Source: a virus. From it: DNA of 64,000 nt. Where the stretch lies: the IMG/VR virus record IMGVR_UViG_3300032050_000072, positions 1-64,000 of that record, one strand, 5' to 3'. Below are positions 1 through 9,425 of the stretch, in pieces; the stretch's first letter is position 1, and every line of letters begins with the position of its first letter. A program made the translations under genes and the position numbers. The notes below the pieces were generated by a model. That model was not told the DNA's origin. It made no database searches and worked only from the letters and a program-made list of their open reading frames with translations.

Positions 1-1192
1 TATCCAACAGGTCGCGCATCGCGCCACTCGGCTTGCGCGTCTCGACTCCCATATCGTCGAAGAATTTCTTCGTGGTCTTGTCGAGTCGTGCCACGTCGGT
101 CATCAGCGACCGCAGTCCAGTGCCAGCCGTGCTGCCGTCGAGCCCCTTGTTCTGCATGGCCTGCATCAGAGCGATCAGCCGCTCCATCGACATGCCGCTC
201 ATCGTCGCAATCGGCCCGACGTATTTCAGGCCCTCGCCGATGCCAAGAATGTCGGTTTTGGCGGTCGTCGCGGCCTTTGCCAAAACGTCCATCAAGTGAC
301 CCATTTTGTCGGCTGGAACTTCCAGTCCGTACAAAGCCTGGGCGGTAATCTTGGCTGAATCGCTCACACTCACATTGCCAGCGGCGGCAAGGTCAAGCAC
401 GGCTGGCATTGCCTTCATGATGTCCGACGCCTTGACGCCAGCACGGGCAAGCTCCTCCATGCCTCCAGCCGCATCCCTGGCGGTGTAGACCGTCTCCGCA
501 CCGAGCTTTTGAGCCAGGGCCTCCATGTCCTTCATGACCCGCTCAAGCTCTTGCGTGTCCGTCACGCGACCAGAGACGAGAGCTTTGACTCGCGACATGC
601 CTTGCTCGAACGTCGCCGCCAATCGGGTTGAGTCAGCAGCGCCGACAGCCGCCGCCGTCGAAGCGACCGTGCTCACCCCGCGAATCGTCTCCGTGGCTCG
701 CTGCATCCCGGCTTGCAGACTTGCACCAAGTCCGCGTGCGGCATTAGACAGCCTCGTGATCGCGGCTTCGGCTTGCTGCGAAGATTGAACGACAAGTCGC
801 GTTTGTTGCACCATCGGCTGAGCGAATTGAGTATTCGCCCGCATTTGCGCAAGCTCACGATTTAGCCCTTGCGACTGCGTGGTCATCGCGCGGGTGTAGT
901 TCGCCGCCTGTGCGAGCGGCCCGCCGAGCCCGCCGATATCCGAGCCCACCGCGCGAATCGAGCCACGGCTCCGATCCATGACCTGAACCATGCGGTCGAT
1001 GCCAGCCGCCGATTGCGTGATCCTGTTGGTGGCAGAGCTTAGCCGACCGGCAGCGGTATCAATCGACGAAAAGACGCCATCGACCGACTTGCGAAAGTTT
1101 CCAAGCGACCGCTGAGCGTCAGCCAGCCCCTTGTCCCATTTCTTCGCGTCGATCGACAAAATGCCTTTGAGGACATCAAAGTCAATGCTCAT
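1..1192 (-). CDS. Tail tape measure protein, N-terminal part (truncated by window edge)
   Basis: Read manually from ATG at 1192: MSIDFDVLKGILSIDAKKWDKG...; contains a TP901-family core (FEQGMSRVKAL...GAETVYTARDAAGGMEELARAG...AVLDLAAAG...EGLKYVGPIA...DGSTAGTGLRS). Open to position 1; lies downstream of the tail chaperones. Confidence 0.93.
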   Translation of the reverse strand, partial: MSIDFDVLKGILSIDAKKWDKGLADAQRSLGNFRKSVDGVFSSIDTAAGRLSSATNRITQSAAGIDRMVQVMDRSRGSIRAVGSDIGGLGGPLAQAANYTRAMTTQSQGLNRELAQMRANTQFAQPMVQQTRLVVQSSQQAEAAITRLSNAARGLGASLQAGMQRATETIRGVSTVASTAAAVGAADSTRLAATFEQGMSRVKALVSGRVTDTQELERVMKDMEALAQKLGAETVYTARDAAGGMEELARAGVKASDIMKAMPAVLDLAAAGNVSVSDSAKITAQALYGLEVPADKMGHLMDVLAKAATTAKTDILGIGEGLKYVGPIATMSGMSMERLIALMQAMQNKGLDGSTAGTGLRSLMTDVARLDKTTKKFFDDMGVETRKPSGAMRDLLD

Positions 1193-1226
1193 CGCTGCCC
1201 CTCCGTGTCACGCAACAAGTTGCGGA

Positions 1227-1631
1227 CTAGACTGTCGTTTCGTCGTATCGGTTCGGATGATCGCTCTGCTCGACGACCACCGTCACGTCCCAAATATCGC
1301 GGCTGATTCGCGTCGCCTCGGGCGGCTCCACAAACGAGCATATGACCTCGCGATAGTTCGAGTCGCCCTTGGGCTGGTAGCGATAGATAAAGTCGTTCGC
1401 CAACCCGCCAATCGCCTCGAAGAAGGTCACAAAGGCGTTCATTTCCGAATCGCTCAGCGACTCGAATTTACGAGTCACCTGATAGCGAGTCGGCGCGTGC
1501 TTGACGGCGTAGAGAGAGTTCGCCGAAGTGCGATGCACGCTCTGGGCGAGTAGCGGCTTGACCGCCGCGCCGCCCGCAGGCCACGGCATATTGAGAGTCG
1601 TCACGCCCGCTTTCTTGAATTGCACGCCCAT
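1227..1631 (-). CDS. Minor tail protein, possibly distal-tail (lambda gpM-like)
   Basis: 134 aa; pattern ..LSDSEMNAFVTFFEAIGG..FIY..WDVTVVVEQ resembles gpM/Dit-like proteins; located in the tail module. Confidence 0.55.
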   Translation of the reverse strand: MGVQFKKAGVTTLNMPWPAGGAAVKPLLAQSVHRTSANSLYAVKHAPTRYQVTRKFESLSDSEMNAFVTFFEAIGGLANDFIYRYQPKGDSNYREVICSFVEPPEATRISRDIWDVTVVVEQSDHPNRYDETTV

Positions 1632-1646
1632 CAGCCCGCCCCCAAG

Positions 1647-2150
1647 CTAGCGCCCAAGGACTTTGCTGATCGGCTTGGTGCCATCTGCTTGGCACAGCAT
1701 CCCAGCCGCCTTGAGCGATTCGTAAACCTCGTCACGCTCCTTGTCGCAGTCGGCGATCGCTCGCTGAGTCTGCGGATCGAGGGTCTGCTCCCACTCGATC
1801 ACTGTCCCCGGCCCGCTGGTCATCAGGTTGATTCTGGCTAAGATCGCGTCGCGAGTCTTGTCGTCATAGTGCGGAAAGCATGTCGCAATCCGCATGTCCT
1901 CAATCCGCTCCCAGCGACGACGGCAAGCCATCATCGCGTAGTGTAGAGCCGCCACCAAAGGCAGGTCGAGAATGTCACTGTGCGACCAGTGATACTCGCC
2001 TGCGATTGGCTCGACGACATCAAGGCTCCAAGTGTTGTACGGCAGCGTTCGGCTGCCGACATTTACTCGGCTTCGCCGCTCGCTTGCTTGGTCGTTTCGG
2101 ATCGACGGCCTGCGGCGTCCATAAGGCCCCCAATCCGACCAATAAAACCC
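1647..2150 (-). CDS. Tail assembly chaperone T segment, reached by -1 frameshift (G-T fusion)
   Basis: The -1 frame from the slippery site at 2144-2150 is open to the stop at 1647 and encodes IAGEYHWSHSDILDLPL, a motif typical of gpT segments. Confidence 0.8.
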   Translation of the reverse strand, partial: GFYWSDWGPYGRRRPSIRNDQASERRSRVNVGSRTLPYNTWSLDVVEPIAGEYHWSHSDILDLPLVAALHYAMMACRRRWERIEDMRIATCFPHYDDKTRDAILARINLMTSGPGTVIEWEQTLDPQTQRAIADCDKERDEVYESLKAAGMLCQADGTKPISKVLGR

Positions 2151-2650
2151 ACGACGGCCTCCACGGTTTCATGGACCCCCGTGAGTTCAAGAACCTCGGC
2201 GATAATCGCCAGCGCATCGGTGATGCTCAAGGCCGAGATTTCGGCAGGCTTGAGATTCGTGCAGCCGCCGATCAGAGCTTCGATCGCGCCGTCCGAACTG
2301 ACCACCAAGTCGACGATCGCCTCGGTGCGAGCCGAGTTCGACTCGGAGATCATCCGCTTCTGCTCGACGCTCAAGTTGGCGTAAGCCTCTTGAATCAGAG
2401 CCGCTTTGACCTCTTCGCTCGGTGCGGCATTGATCGCCGCCCGCTGTTCCGGGGTAACAAAATCGCCAAGCACCAGTCCAGCCGGGATGCTCTTGATCCC
2501 AGCCTTGGTGATCGCACCCACCACTCTGAACGTGGTGCCAAGCGATAGGCCGCGAACCGACACGCTCGCGCCGTCCTTGGTCACGATTTCCGAAACCCGC
2601 TTGATAGGGGCATCCACCGGCACTTGCCGTGGATCGACTGCCGTTGTCAT
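2063..2650 (-). CDS. Tail assembly chaperone G
   Basis: 195 aa between the tail tube and tape measure genes; carries an in-frame G GGT TTT slippery heptamer near its 3' end. Confidence 0.8.
   Translation of the reverse strand: MTTAVDPRQVPVDAPIKRVSEIVTKDGASVSVRGLSLGTTFRVVGAITKAGIKSIPAGLVLGDFVTPEQRAAINAAPSEEVKAALIQEAYANLSVEQKRMISESNSARTEAIVDLVVSSDGAIEALIGGCTNLKPAEISALSITDALAIIAEVLELTGVHETVEAVVGFIGRIGGLMDAAGRRSETTKQASGEAE
2144..2150 (-). other. Programmed -1 ribosomal frameshift site G GGU UUU
   Basis: X XXY YYZ heptamer in the correct phase (codons GTG GGT TTT); the -1 frame joins ORF 1647..1958 without a stop. Confidence 0.8.
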
Positions 2651-2736
2651 AAAAAACTCCCGCGAACTTTAAGAGCCGCGCGGGTGACGTTCGCAAGCCA
2701 CCCGCGCGGTTGCCCCGATCTAACAGGCTGACATCG

Positions 2737-3258
2737 TTAGCTCGTCGCCACGCCGATCTTGCCGATCAACTGGCCGTCGCTCTTGCTCTCGTCGATCAGC
2801 ATCTTGAAGGTCGCTTCAAAGACGCGATCGTTGCCGACCGAGCCGAACTGAACTTCACCCACGTCCGACACGACCGCCTTGTAGAACGTCACGTCGTCGA
2901 CCGTGCCCGAGCCGTCGAGCGGGTGCAGCACCAGCGCACCGGCCAGCGAACTGCCCTTAGTGCCCGGCAGCTTGCCGATACCCCAGCAGCTTGAACTGAT
3001 CGAGCTACCGAACTGGTAGACCGTCTGCACAACCTGCATCGTCTTCTCGGCGAACTTCGCCTTGCAGTCGACCTGATCGCCTTGGTAGATCAAGTCGGCC
3101 AGATGCTCGCCGTACTCGTCCACCTTGCGCTCGCGAAGCTGCGGCTTGACGCCGAACGTCACGCCACCCATCGTGTGACCGCAGGCGACCGATTTGTACG
3201 TCACCTTGCACGGCCCGGTTTCAATTTTACTGAGATCACCACCAACTTGGCTTGCCAT
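2737..3258 (-). CDS. Major tail tube protein
   Basis: 173 aa (IETGPCKVTY...GHTMGGVTF...KVDEYG...LVLHP), beta-rich; directly upstream of the chaperone and followed by a GC hairpin at about 2675-2710. Confidence 0.8.
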   Translation of the reverse strand: MASQVGGDLSKIETGPCKVTYKSVACGHTMGGVTFGVKPQLRERKVDEYGEHLADLIYQGDQVDCKAKFAEKTMQVVQTVYQFGSSISSSCWGIGKLPGTKGSSLAGALVLHPLDGSGTVDDVTFYKAVVSDVGEVQFGSVGNDRVFEATFKMLIDESKSDGQLIGKIGVATS

Positions 3259-3330
3259 GATTTTGCCCCTTTTAGATCGGATGAATTGCCCTTGTCAGCG
3301 CAGACAGGGAAGACGCCGCCGATCAATCAA

Positions 3331-3768
3331 CTAGCTCTGCTTTCGCAATGCCGTGAACCGCCACTCGCTCTGCCACTGGATCACCGCATTGCCCGTTGTG
3401 TCCTGTCGAGCGTTCCATGCTATTTTGCGCCAGCCGACCTCCCGGCGTAGTCGCGTGATCCTCCACTCGGAGCTATCCATGCCGCCGCCGTGACACAGGT
3501 CGCCCAGCCCCAAGTCGACCGACAGCTTGAGGTCTTCGAGTTGATCCTCGTCGCTGCCAAACAAGTCGACCGTGATTTTGTAGTCGCGATAGAGCCAACT
3601 TTCGGCGTCGGTCGGACCCGGCGATTCGTTGAAGTGCCAGCACAGCAGCGGAAAGCCCTGGTGGTCTTCGGGCGTGCCCTGGAATACTCTGCCGCCCAAT
3701 GCTGAGATTCCAGACAGGCCCGCCATTGCCGTCTGGATCGCCTCAATCGGTTTCGTTGCCGTGCTCAT
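3331..3768 (-). CDS. Tail terminator / tail completion protein
   Basis: 145 aa with GRVFQGTPEDHQGFP..ITVDLF pattern; sits just before the tail tube gene. Confidence 0.65.
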   Translation of the reverse strand: MSTATKPIEAIQTAMAGLSGISALGGRVFQGTPEDHQGFPLLCWHFNESPGPTDAESWLYRDYKITVDLFGSDEDQLEDLKLSVDLGLGDLCHGGGMDSSEWRITRLRREVGWRKIAWNARQDTTGNAVIQWQSEWRFTALRKQS

Positions 3769-3778
3769 AGACAGCCCC

Positions 3779-4039
3779 TTAGCTCATGCCCACTTTGCGC
3801 TTCCACCCATCGCCATCGTCGTCTTCTTCGGCTTCATCCGGTGGCATATCGAACTCGCCACCGTAGTCTTCGTCGTGGTAGTGGTGATAGACCTTGCTCA
3901 CCTGCTTGGTCGCCGCCTCTTGCCGCCTGCACACGACAGCCATCGCAGCGCCGAAGAATACGCCGGTCGCAAAGCAGCAAGCCGCGACAGCAGCGACACC
4001 AACCCCAAACAATCCGACCGTAATCGCCGTCGTCGTCAC
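3779..4039 (-). CDS. Small membrane protein with acidic tail
   Basis: Hydrophobic N-terminal helix followed by a D/E-rich tail; overlaps the stop of the upstream gene. Confidence 0.5.
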   Translation of the reverse strand: MTTTAITVGLFGVGVAAVAACCFATGVFFGAAMAVVCRRQEAATKQVSKVYHHYHDEDYGGEFDMPPDEAEEDDDGDGWKRKVGMS

Positions 4040-4353
4040 AGCAAAGCCTCCTCGGTTGCCTCTGGATTTTGCTCTACGTCTTTGAGCTTCATGTCGGCTC
4101 GGTGCAGCATCGCGTGAACGGCTTCATAATCCTCTGGCCGATGCAGCAAGATCAGCCGACCCCACTTTTCGTCGTCGGCGTAAATCAGTACCTTGCCGCG
4201 TGGCACATTCAGCCGCTCTCTGACCGCCAAGTCGATCGGAATCGAGCCGCGTCGGATGCAGAAGTGCTCGGCGACTCGTTCGATATCGCCGACCAGATTC
4301 ATGATCGAAACCTCGGCCACTTCGACCTCGCGGTCCTTCTTTCGCTTGCCCAT
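4036..4353 (-). CDS. Hypothetical protein
   Basis: 105 aa ATG ORF tightly packed in the operon. Confidence 0.55.
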   Translation of the reverse strand: MGKRKKDREVEVAEVSIMNLVGDIERVAEHFCIRRGSIPIDLAVRERLNVPRGKVLIYADDEKWGRLILLHRPEDYEAVHAMLHRADMKLKDVEQNPEATEEALL

Positions 4354-4380
4354 CGACTTTCCTTACTGCCCGCCGACTGA

Positions 4381-4872
4381 CTATGTTCTTGCCACCACCG
4401 CAGCGATATCGTTCGGGATTCGTCGGACTCGCTGCATCACAAATTGCCTGATCGTGTCGAATGACCCACGGAACGGCGGCATCAATTCGTCTTCGCTATG
4501 CGTGCCGCCGTGATTACCTGCGGCCCCCATGCTCTTGCGAACCCACTCGGTAATCAGCGGATCGCCGGGAAGCCAGCCAATCACTTGGCCGCCCGCGACA
4601 TAGGGGCTACCGAACTCAAGATGAGCCACGTAGTCGATATCGCTGCCAACCGCAGCAATCAGGCTAGCAGGCGAAGCGAGAACGGCGTGGACCTGCCGCT
4701 TGGCGTCACCTGTGTCGACCGGCATCCGGCGCTTGACCTGCTTCATCCAGACGGTCGCGATCTCGTTGAGGCAATCGGCCAGAGCCCGATGGACTCGCTC
4801 GGTGATCTGCCTGAGCCTACGCTCGGCAGCGCGATCGACAGCGGCGTCGAATTGACACTTGATCTGAAACAT
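4381..4872 (-). CDS. HK97 gp10-like neck/tail completion protein
   Basis: MPVDTG and YVAHLEFGS motifs. Confidence 0.8.
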   Translation of the reverse strand: MFQIKCQFDAAVDRAAERRLRQITERVHRALADCLNEIATVWMKQVKRRMPVDTGDAKRQVHAVLASPASLIAAVGSDIDYVAHLEFGSPYVAGGQVIGWLPGDPLITEWVRKSMGAAGNHGGTHSEDELMPPFRGSFDTIRQFVMQRVRRIPNDIAAVVART

Positions 4873-4900
4873 GATCGACCCTCACGCAACAAGTTGCGGG

Positions 4901-5272
4901 CTAAGTTGCCGACCTGCGAAGAAACGCCACCTTGAGTTTGCGGGCATTGGCCGGATCGCGCGTCGAGATCACCAGCCAGCTTGTCGATGATCCAGTCTCG
5001 TCGGTGATCGTCAGCCGATCGCCCAGTCCGTCCGACTGCGAAGCTCCCGGCCTGATATCGGTCCCAGCCGGAAAATAAGCCATCGCGTCGAACTCGATAT
5101 CCGTGCCGTATTCCTTGGTCGACTTGCGCGCGTCGCGCGGATGCAAGGCGCAGGCCACCGCCGACATGCCATTCACAGCCGCCAGCGTCGCCTTGCGAAC
5201 ACCCGTTGCCGACTGCGAGACGGTCGGACGAGAAACAGCCGCCGTGAAGTTCATCCTGCGGAGAGCGGGCAT
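4901..5272 (-). CDS. Head closure / head-tail adaptor
   Basis: 123 aa beta-rich protein with DIRPG..GDRLTI pattern; next to the gp10-like gene. Confidence 0.6.
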   Translation of the reverse strand: MPALRRMNFTAAVSRPTVSQSATGVRKATLAAVNGMSAVACALHPRDARKSTKEYGTDIEFDAMAYFPAGTDIRPGASQSDGLGDRLTITDETGSSTSWLVISTRDPANARKLKVAFLRRSAT

Positions 5273-5859
5273 TAGACACCCACCTTGCCGAGCAACTGCC
5301 CGTCAGCCTTGGTTGCATCCGTCACGCACTTGAACGTGCAGTCGAAAACCCGATCGGCAGTCACGCTGCCGAACTGAACTTCGCCAATGTCACTGACCGT
5401 GGCCTTGAAGAATGTCACGTCGTCGCGCGTGCCATCGCCGTCGAGCGGATGCAGCACAAGCTCGCCGCCAACCGTGCCGCCCTTGGCCCCAGGTCCGTAG
5501 CCAACGTGCAGCGTCTCGGTCACGCGGTTGCCGAACTGGTAGACCGCTTGCACGACCGCCATTGTCTTCTCGGCGAATCGGCACTTGACCTCGGCCATGT
5601 CGCCGACATAGATCAAGTCGACGCCGTGCTCGCCGTACTCGTCGACCTTGCGGTCCCGCAATTGCGGCTTGATCGACATACTGACGCCGCCCATCGTGTG
5701 ACCGCAGGCCACGGAGCGATACGTCACCTTGCACGGCCCAGACTCGATTCGAGACAAGTCGCCGCCGACTTGCGACAGTGAGCTAGGCGTAGAGACTCCC
5801 ACGAGGTCGGCAACGAATGTCCGCCTGCTGCGAATCACCGGAATCATCGCTGCCAGCAT
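5272..5859 (-). CDS. Second tail-tube paralog with N-terminal extension
   Basis: Aligns by eye along its whole length with 2737..3258 (SQVGGDLS.IE.GPCKVTY.SVACGHTMGGV...DGQL.GK.GV). Confidence 0.85.
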   Translation of the reverse strand: MLAAMIPVIRSRRTFVADLVGVSTPSSLSQVGGDLSRIESGPCKVTYRSVACGHTMGGVSMSIKPQLRDRKVDEYGEHGVDLIYVGDMAEVKCRFAEKTMAVVQAVYQFGNRVTETLHVGYGPGAKGGTVGGELVLHPLDGDGTRDDVTFFKATVSDIGEVQFGSVTADRVFDCTFKCVTDATKADGQLLGKVGV

Positions 5860-5861
5860 GT

Positions 5862-6926
5862 TTAGACCTCCACATCGCGAGTAATCACCGCTCGGTCAGT
5901 GCAGGCATTGCCATCAATCGTCGCCGCGACATGCACCACCACGGCATCGCCCAACGAGATCAGGCTCGTCGCTTCGTTGTACTTGTAGACGCCCGCGATC
6001 ACGCTCGTCATGTTCGAGGTTGTGATGAGGTCGGCACCGGCTCGCGTGTAGACTCGGATCGTCGGGGTGCCCGAGATACCACTCGTGACAGGCGACCCGT
6101 TCTTGAACCAGATCACCGTGTACTCGTCCTGGTCGTTGACCTCATCGCGCGTCAGCTTGATGTCGGCGTAGTAGATATCCGCCAACGTGTCGGTCTTGGC
6201 CTTGATCGCAGCAATTTCGGTGTCGACATAATCGTCGATCGCATCGAGCTTGCTGTTGACTGTCGAGAACAAGGCTGCGATATCGCTGGCATCAGCCGGA
6301 TCGCTCGGCAGATTGTCCGTCTTCGCCTTGATCGCAGCCACTTCGGTGTCAATATAGGCCGCAATCGTCGCCAGTGTGGCCTCGGTCGCCGGGCTCGACG
6401 GAATGGTGTCAGTCTTGGCTTTGATCGCCGCGACCTCGGTGTCGATATAGCCCGCGATCGTGGTGATCCCAGACTGAGCGGTCGCCAGCGCCGAAGCGGT
6501 TGCCATGTTGGCCTGAATCTCAGTCACCGCATCGGCGTTCAATGACGCCGCCGTGATCGCATCCGTGTCGATCGCCTTAACCTGCGAGTCCATGTAGTCC
6601 GTGCCAGCGACCAGCGTGTCGTAGATCATTGCCGGAACGACCATGAAGTCAGCCCAGACAGGCAAGTGCGTTGCCGAATCGTGAACCAGAACCCGCAGCA
6701 CGCCGAGCGTCGCGGTGTCGGTCGCATCCAGATGCACGCGGTAATAGCCGCGCGCGTCATAGGCAATCGCGGTTGCTGAATTGCGGGCAGCCTGTGCGGC
6801 CCCGTCTTTGCTGACGTAGACCGTCATCGAGCCAGCCAGCCCAGCCTCGGCAGTCACGCCATCGGTCGCATCGAGAAACGGGCCAAGCAGAATGTAGCGA
6901 GCCGTCGATTGCTTCAAGAGTTTCAT
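5862..6926 (-). CDS. Virion structural protein (fibre/collar-like) with internal repeats
   Basis: Three copies of Y[IV]DTE[VI]AAIKAKTD between Ig-like N- and C-terminal segments; in the neck module. Confidence 0.6.
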   Translation of the reverse strand: MKLLKQSTARYILLGPFLDATDGVTAEAGLAGSMTVYVSKDGAAQAARNSATAIAYDARGYYRVHLDATDTATLGVLRVLVHDSATHLPVWADFMVVPAMIYDTLVAGTDYMDSQVKAIDTDAITAASLNADAVTEIQANMATASALATAQSGITTIAGYIDTEVAAIKAKTDTIPSSPATEATLATIAAYIDTEVAAIKAKTDNLPSDPADASDIAALFSTVNSKLDAIDDYVDTEIAAIKAKTDTLADIYYADIKLTRDEVNDQDEYTVIWFKNGSPVTSGISGTPTIRVYTRAGADLITTSNMTSVIAGVYKYNEATSLISLGDAVVVHVAATIDGNACTDRAVITRDVEV

Positions 6927-6928
6927 GA

Positions 6929-7978
6929 TTAGCCTGCCCTCATGCGTTGATATGCTGCCTGGATTGCCGGAATTGAAACAGCCGTAGCATCGTCGTCTGT
7001 AATCGTAATCGTAACCTGTTGCGTGCCGTTTTCGGCTGGCGTTTGGCCGTAAGTGCTCGTGATGCTCGTGATTTCGACAATGATCGTTAGATCGCCTTCA
7101 CTCAAGGCGTTGTCGAGGGCCGTGATTTCGATCGAGCCTGACGTGATGCCAACTCCCCCATTAGCCCACATGCCCGGCATCACAATCGAGGTTGTGCTGA
7201 CCGAATAGTGCTCGTCCTGAACCGCCGTACCGCCAAACCCCAGGTTGACGGTTGTTTCGCCCCAGTCTGCATTGTCCTGGATGGCCGTCACGACGCTCAC
7301 GCCGCCATTTTCAGCAATGGTCAACGGGCTGCCAGATAGAGATACAGTCGCGGGAGCGCCATGCTGGAGCACGGTCACTGTAATCGAAATGAGCGTGCCG
7401 ACGCTCTCGCTATAGATCGAAAATGTGTCTTGGGGGGATAGTTCTCTGATGCCGATATACTCAACATCAAACACGCCTGCCGATGGACTTGTAACACTGA
7501 CGATCGTCGAGGCCGCAAGTGTATTGATCGCAGACGCGATCGCGGCCGCGCCTCCGCTCACGGCAATTGCTGCCGTATTCATGCCTCCAACCGCAGGCAT
7601 TATGAGAATAAACTCTCCCGTGTCGCCTGAGATCGTGATTCTATGAATCGCGTTTTGAGATTCAGAGCCGGTCTGAATCGACTCCACGCCAATCGAGCCA
7701 TCAATGGCTAGCGTGCTGTTGGCTGCCGTAAACGGCAATATATTGGTGTTCGATAGATCGTGAACAAACTCAACGGTGAAGCCGTCCGTAAAGTTTCCAG
7801 ATACCACAGATCGCCCGCCACCAATTCCAGGACAGCTATTGATCGAAGTTGCCAGGGCGGCGGCGTCGCCGTTGTACTGGTGATAGTCCGTAGCTGGCGA
7901 ACCGCCGCTGTCGTAGGCGGGCCTCCAGCTACCAGAAATAGGCACGCCGCTAAACGTGAATTTGATGATTTCATTCAT
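6929..7978 (-). CDS. Virion surface protein with C-terminal Calx-beta-like domain
   Basis: TVSLS...IAENGG...GGTA...DNALSEGDLTIIVEI...QQVTITITDDD is a typical Calx-beta pattern. Confidence 0.7.
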   Translation of the reverse strand: MNEIIKFTFSGVPISGSWRPAYDSGGSPATDYHQYNGDAAALATSINSCPGIGGGRSVVSGNFTDGFTVEFVHDLSNTNILPFTAANSTLAIDGSIGVESIQTGSESQNAIHRITISGDTGEFILIMPAVGGMNTAAIAVSGGAAAIASAINTLAASTIVSVTSPSAGVFDVEYIGIRELSPQDTFSIYSESVGTLISITVTVLQHGAPATVSLSGSPLTIAENGGVSVVTAIQDNADWGETTVNLGFGGTAVQDEHYSVSTTSIVMPGMWANGGVGITSGSIEITALDNALSEGDLTIIVEITSITSTYGQTPAENGTQQVTITITDDDATAVSIPAIQAAYQRMRAG

Positions 7979-8034
7979 GCGTCAACCACCACGATAGATC
8001 ACTGACCACTTGGATTGCATTGGCCGATAGGCAA

Positions 8035-8523
8035 CTACTCGGCTGCTGGCTCAGCGACCGGCTCGGTCGTCGGCTCTGGCTCACTCACCGGCTCAATCAC
8101 TGGCTCCGGCTCCGGCTCATTGTCAGCCGCCACGATCGCCGCCACCTGCTCGTCAATCTGCCGTTGAATGTCGGCCACGCTGGCGGTCATGGTGTTCACG
8201 TTCATTCCGGCCCCGGCAACGTCCTGCTTGTACATGCCGACTGCCTGCGTGTTATTCACGACTTCGGCCATCAATAAGCCCTCGGCGACTCCCAGTGCAG
8301 TCTTCTCGCCTTGCAGTTCGGCGATCTTGAGTTCGATCTCACGCTGCTTGGCGCGGTTGCCGTCGAGTGATTCACCGGACTTTGCCAGCGAGTTCTCCGT
8401 CTCGAACAGTCGCGACTCGGCCACCGCCAGCGCGGTCTTCGCTTCCTCAAGTTGCACCTTGGGGAACACGATCGAAGCCTCAAGTGCCGCCAAGTAATCT
8501 CGCATCGCCTGTGTCGCTGGCAT
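8035..8523 (-). CDS. Coiled-coil protein with Pro/Glu-rich tail
   Basis: Heptad-rich sequence with EPEPEP C-terminus. Confidence 0.6.
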   Translation of the reverse strand: MPATQAMRDYLAALEASIVFPKVQLEEAKTALAVAESRLFETENSLAKSGESLDGNRAKQREIELKIAELQGEKTALGVAEGLLMAEVVNNTQAVGMYKQDVAGAGMNVNTMTASVADIQRQIDEQVAAIVAADNEPEPEPVIEPVSEPEPTTEPVAEPAAE

Positions 8524-8535
8524 GATCTGCTCCTG

Positions 8536-9117
8536 TTAGCTGGAAACTCGATAGCGGTTTAGAATCGCTTCGGCCTGAGCGGGAATCCCGCCAGCCGTAA
8601 GCTCCTTTTGATAGTAGTCGTTCCGGTCGCCAAGGTCTTCTTGAGCGAGTTCGTTTTGGATTCCGCCACCCGCAAGCTGCTTGGCTCGCGTGTAGAGGTC
8701 GGCCACGATGATGTTCGCGGCGTGAACCACGTCCTTTGGCAGCGTCGCATAGCCCGCCGAGTAGACGACCTTAATGTTCCGCCTGCCCTCGGACCAGACG
8801 CCGGTCGTGTGAAAGATCAAGCCCGGCTCGGCGTCGAGATAATAGTCCTCGGCGTCCTCGTCGTTGTCTGGATCGAAATCCCAGCCAGCATCGACATTGA
8901 CCGACGTGACGCTAATCACCGGATAGTTCGCCAGCCGGATGAAGTCGCGGCCATTGCCGTCGAGGCGCTCGGTGTAACTGGTCGACTCCAGGCTTCGGCC
9001 CAAGAATCGCTTCACCATGTCGTCGGCATACAGAATCAGCGCAGCCAGCAGCGTGTCGTCGCCGCTGCCGGAGATTCCGATGTACTGCTTGACGTTCGTC
9101 GAGTTGGTCAGCGACAT
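8536..9117 (-). CDS. Head-tail connector (gp6/gp15-like adaptor)
   Basis: VKQYIGI..DDTLLAALI, YPVISVTSV and VVYSAGY..LP.DV..A motifs; ends ILNRYR. Confidence 0.88.
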   Translation of the reverse strand: MSLTNSTNVKQYIGISGSGDDTLLAALILYADDMVKRFLGRSLESTSYTERLDGNGRDFIRLANYPVISVTSVNVDAGWDFDPDNDEDAEDYYLDAEPGLIFHTTGVWSEGRRNIKVVYSAGYATLPKDVVHAANIIVADLYTRAKQLAGGGIQNELAQEDLGDRNDYYQKELTAGGIPAQAEAILNRYRVSS

Positions 9118-9425
9118 AGAGCTTCAACGAGTTCGACGAACAGCCGAATCGTGTCCGGCGTCGTCTGGGTGTGGAAGGTCAGCGTGCGGCTCGTCCCCTG
9201 AGCCTGCTCGGGATAAGCCCGCAGGCTCTTGCCGAGCGACTTCGCCATTTCCTCTAGCTTGTGATTCGGGTACTTCAAAATCGCGAGCGTGATTTTCTCG
9301 GCCTGAGAAAGCTCAGCGGCCTCCGCAACTTGTTGCGTGCCCGAATCGACCTCACCGGAGAGCACTCTGCCCCTTGTGCTCTCACGGCGGGCCGGTGTTT
9401 TGGTCTTTTCCTGATCTTCGCTCAC
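9108..9425 (-). CDS. Hypothetical protein
   Basis: GTG start overlapping the GT4 stop; fills the gap in the operon. Confidence 0.5.
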   Translation of the reverse strand: MSEDQEKTKTPARRESTRGRVLSGEVDSGTQQVAEAAELSQAEKITLAILKYPNHKLEEMAKSLGKSLRAYPEQAQGTSRTLTFHTQTTPDTIRLFVELVEALCR

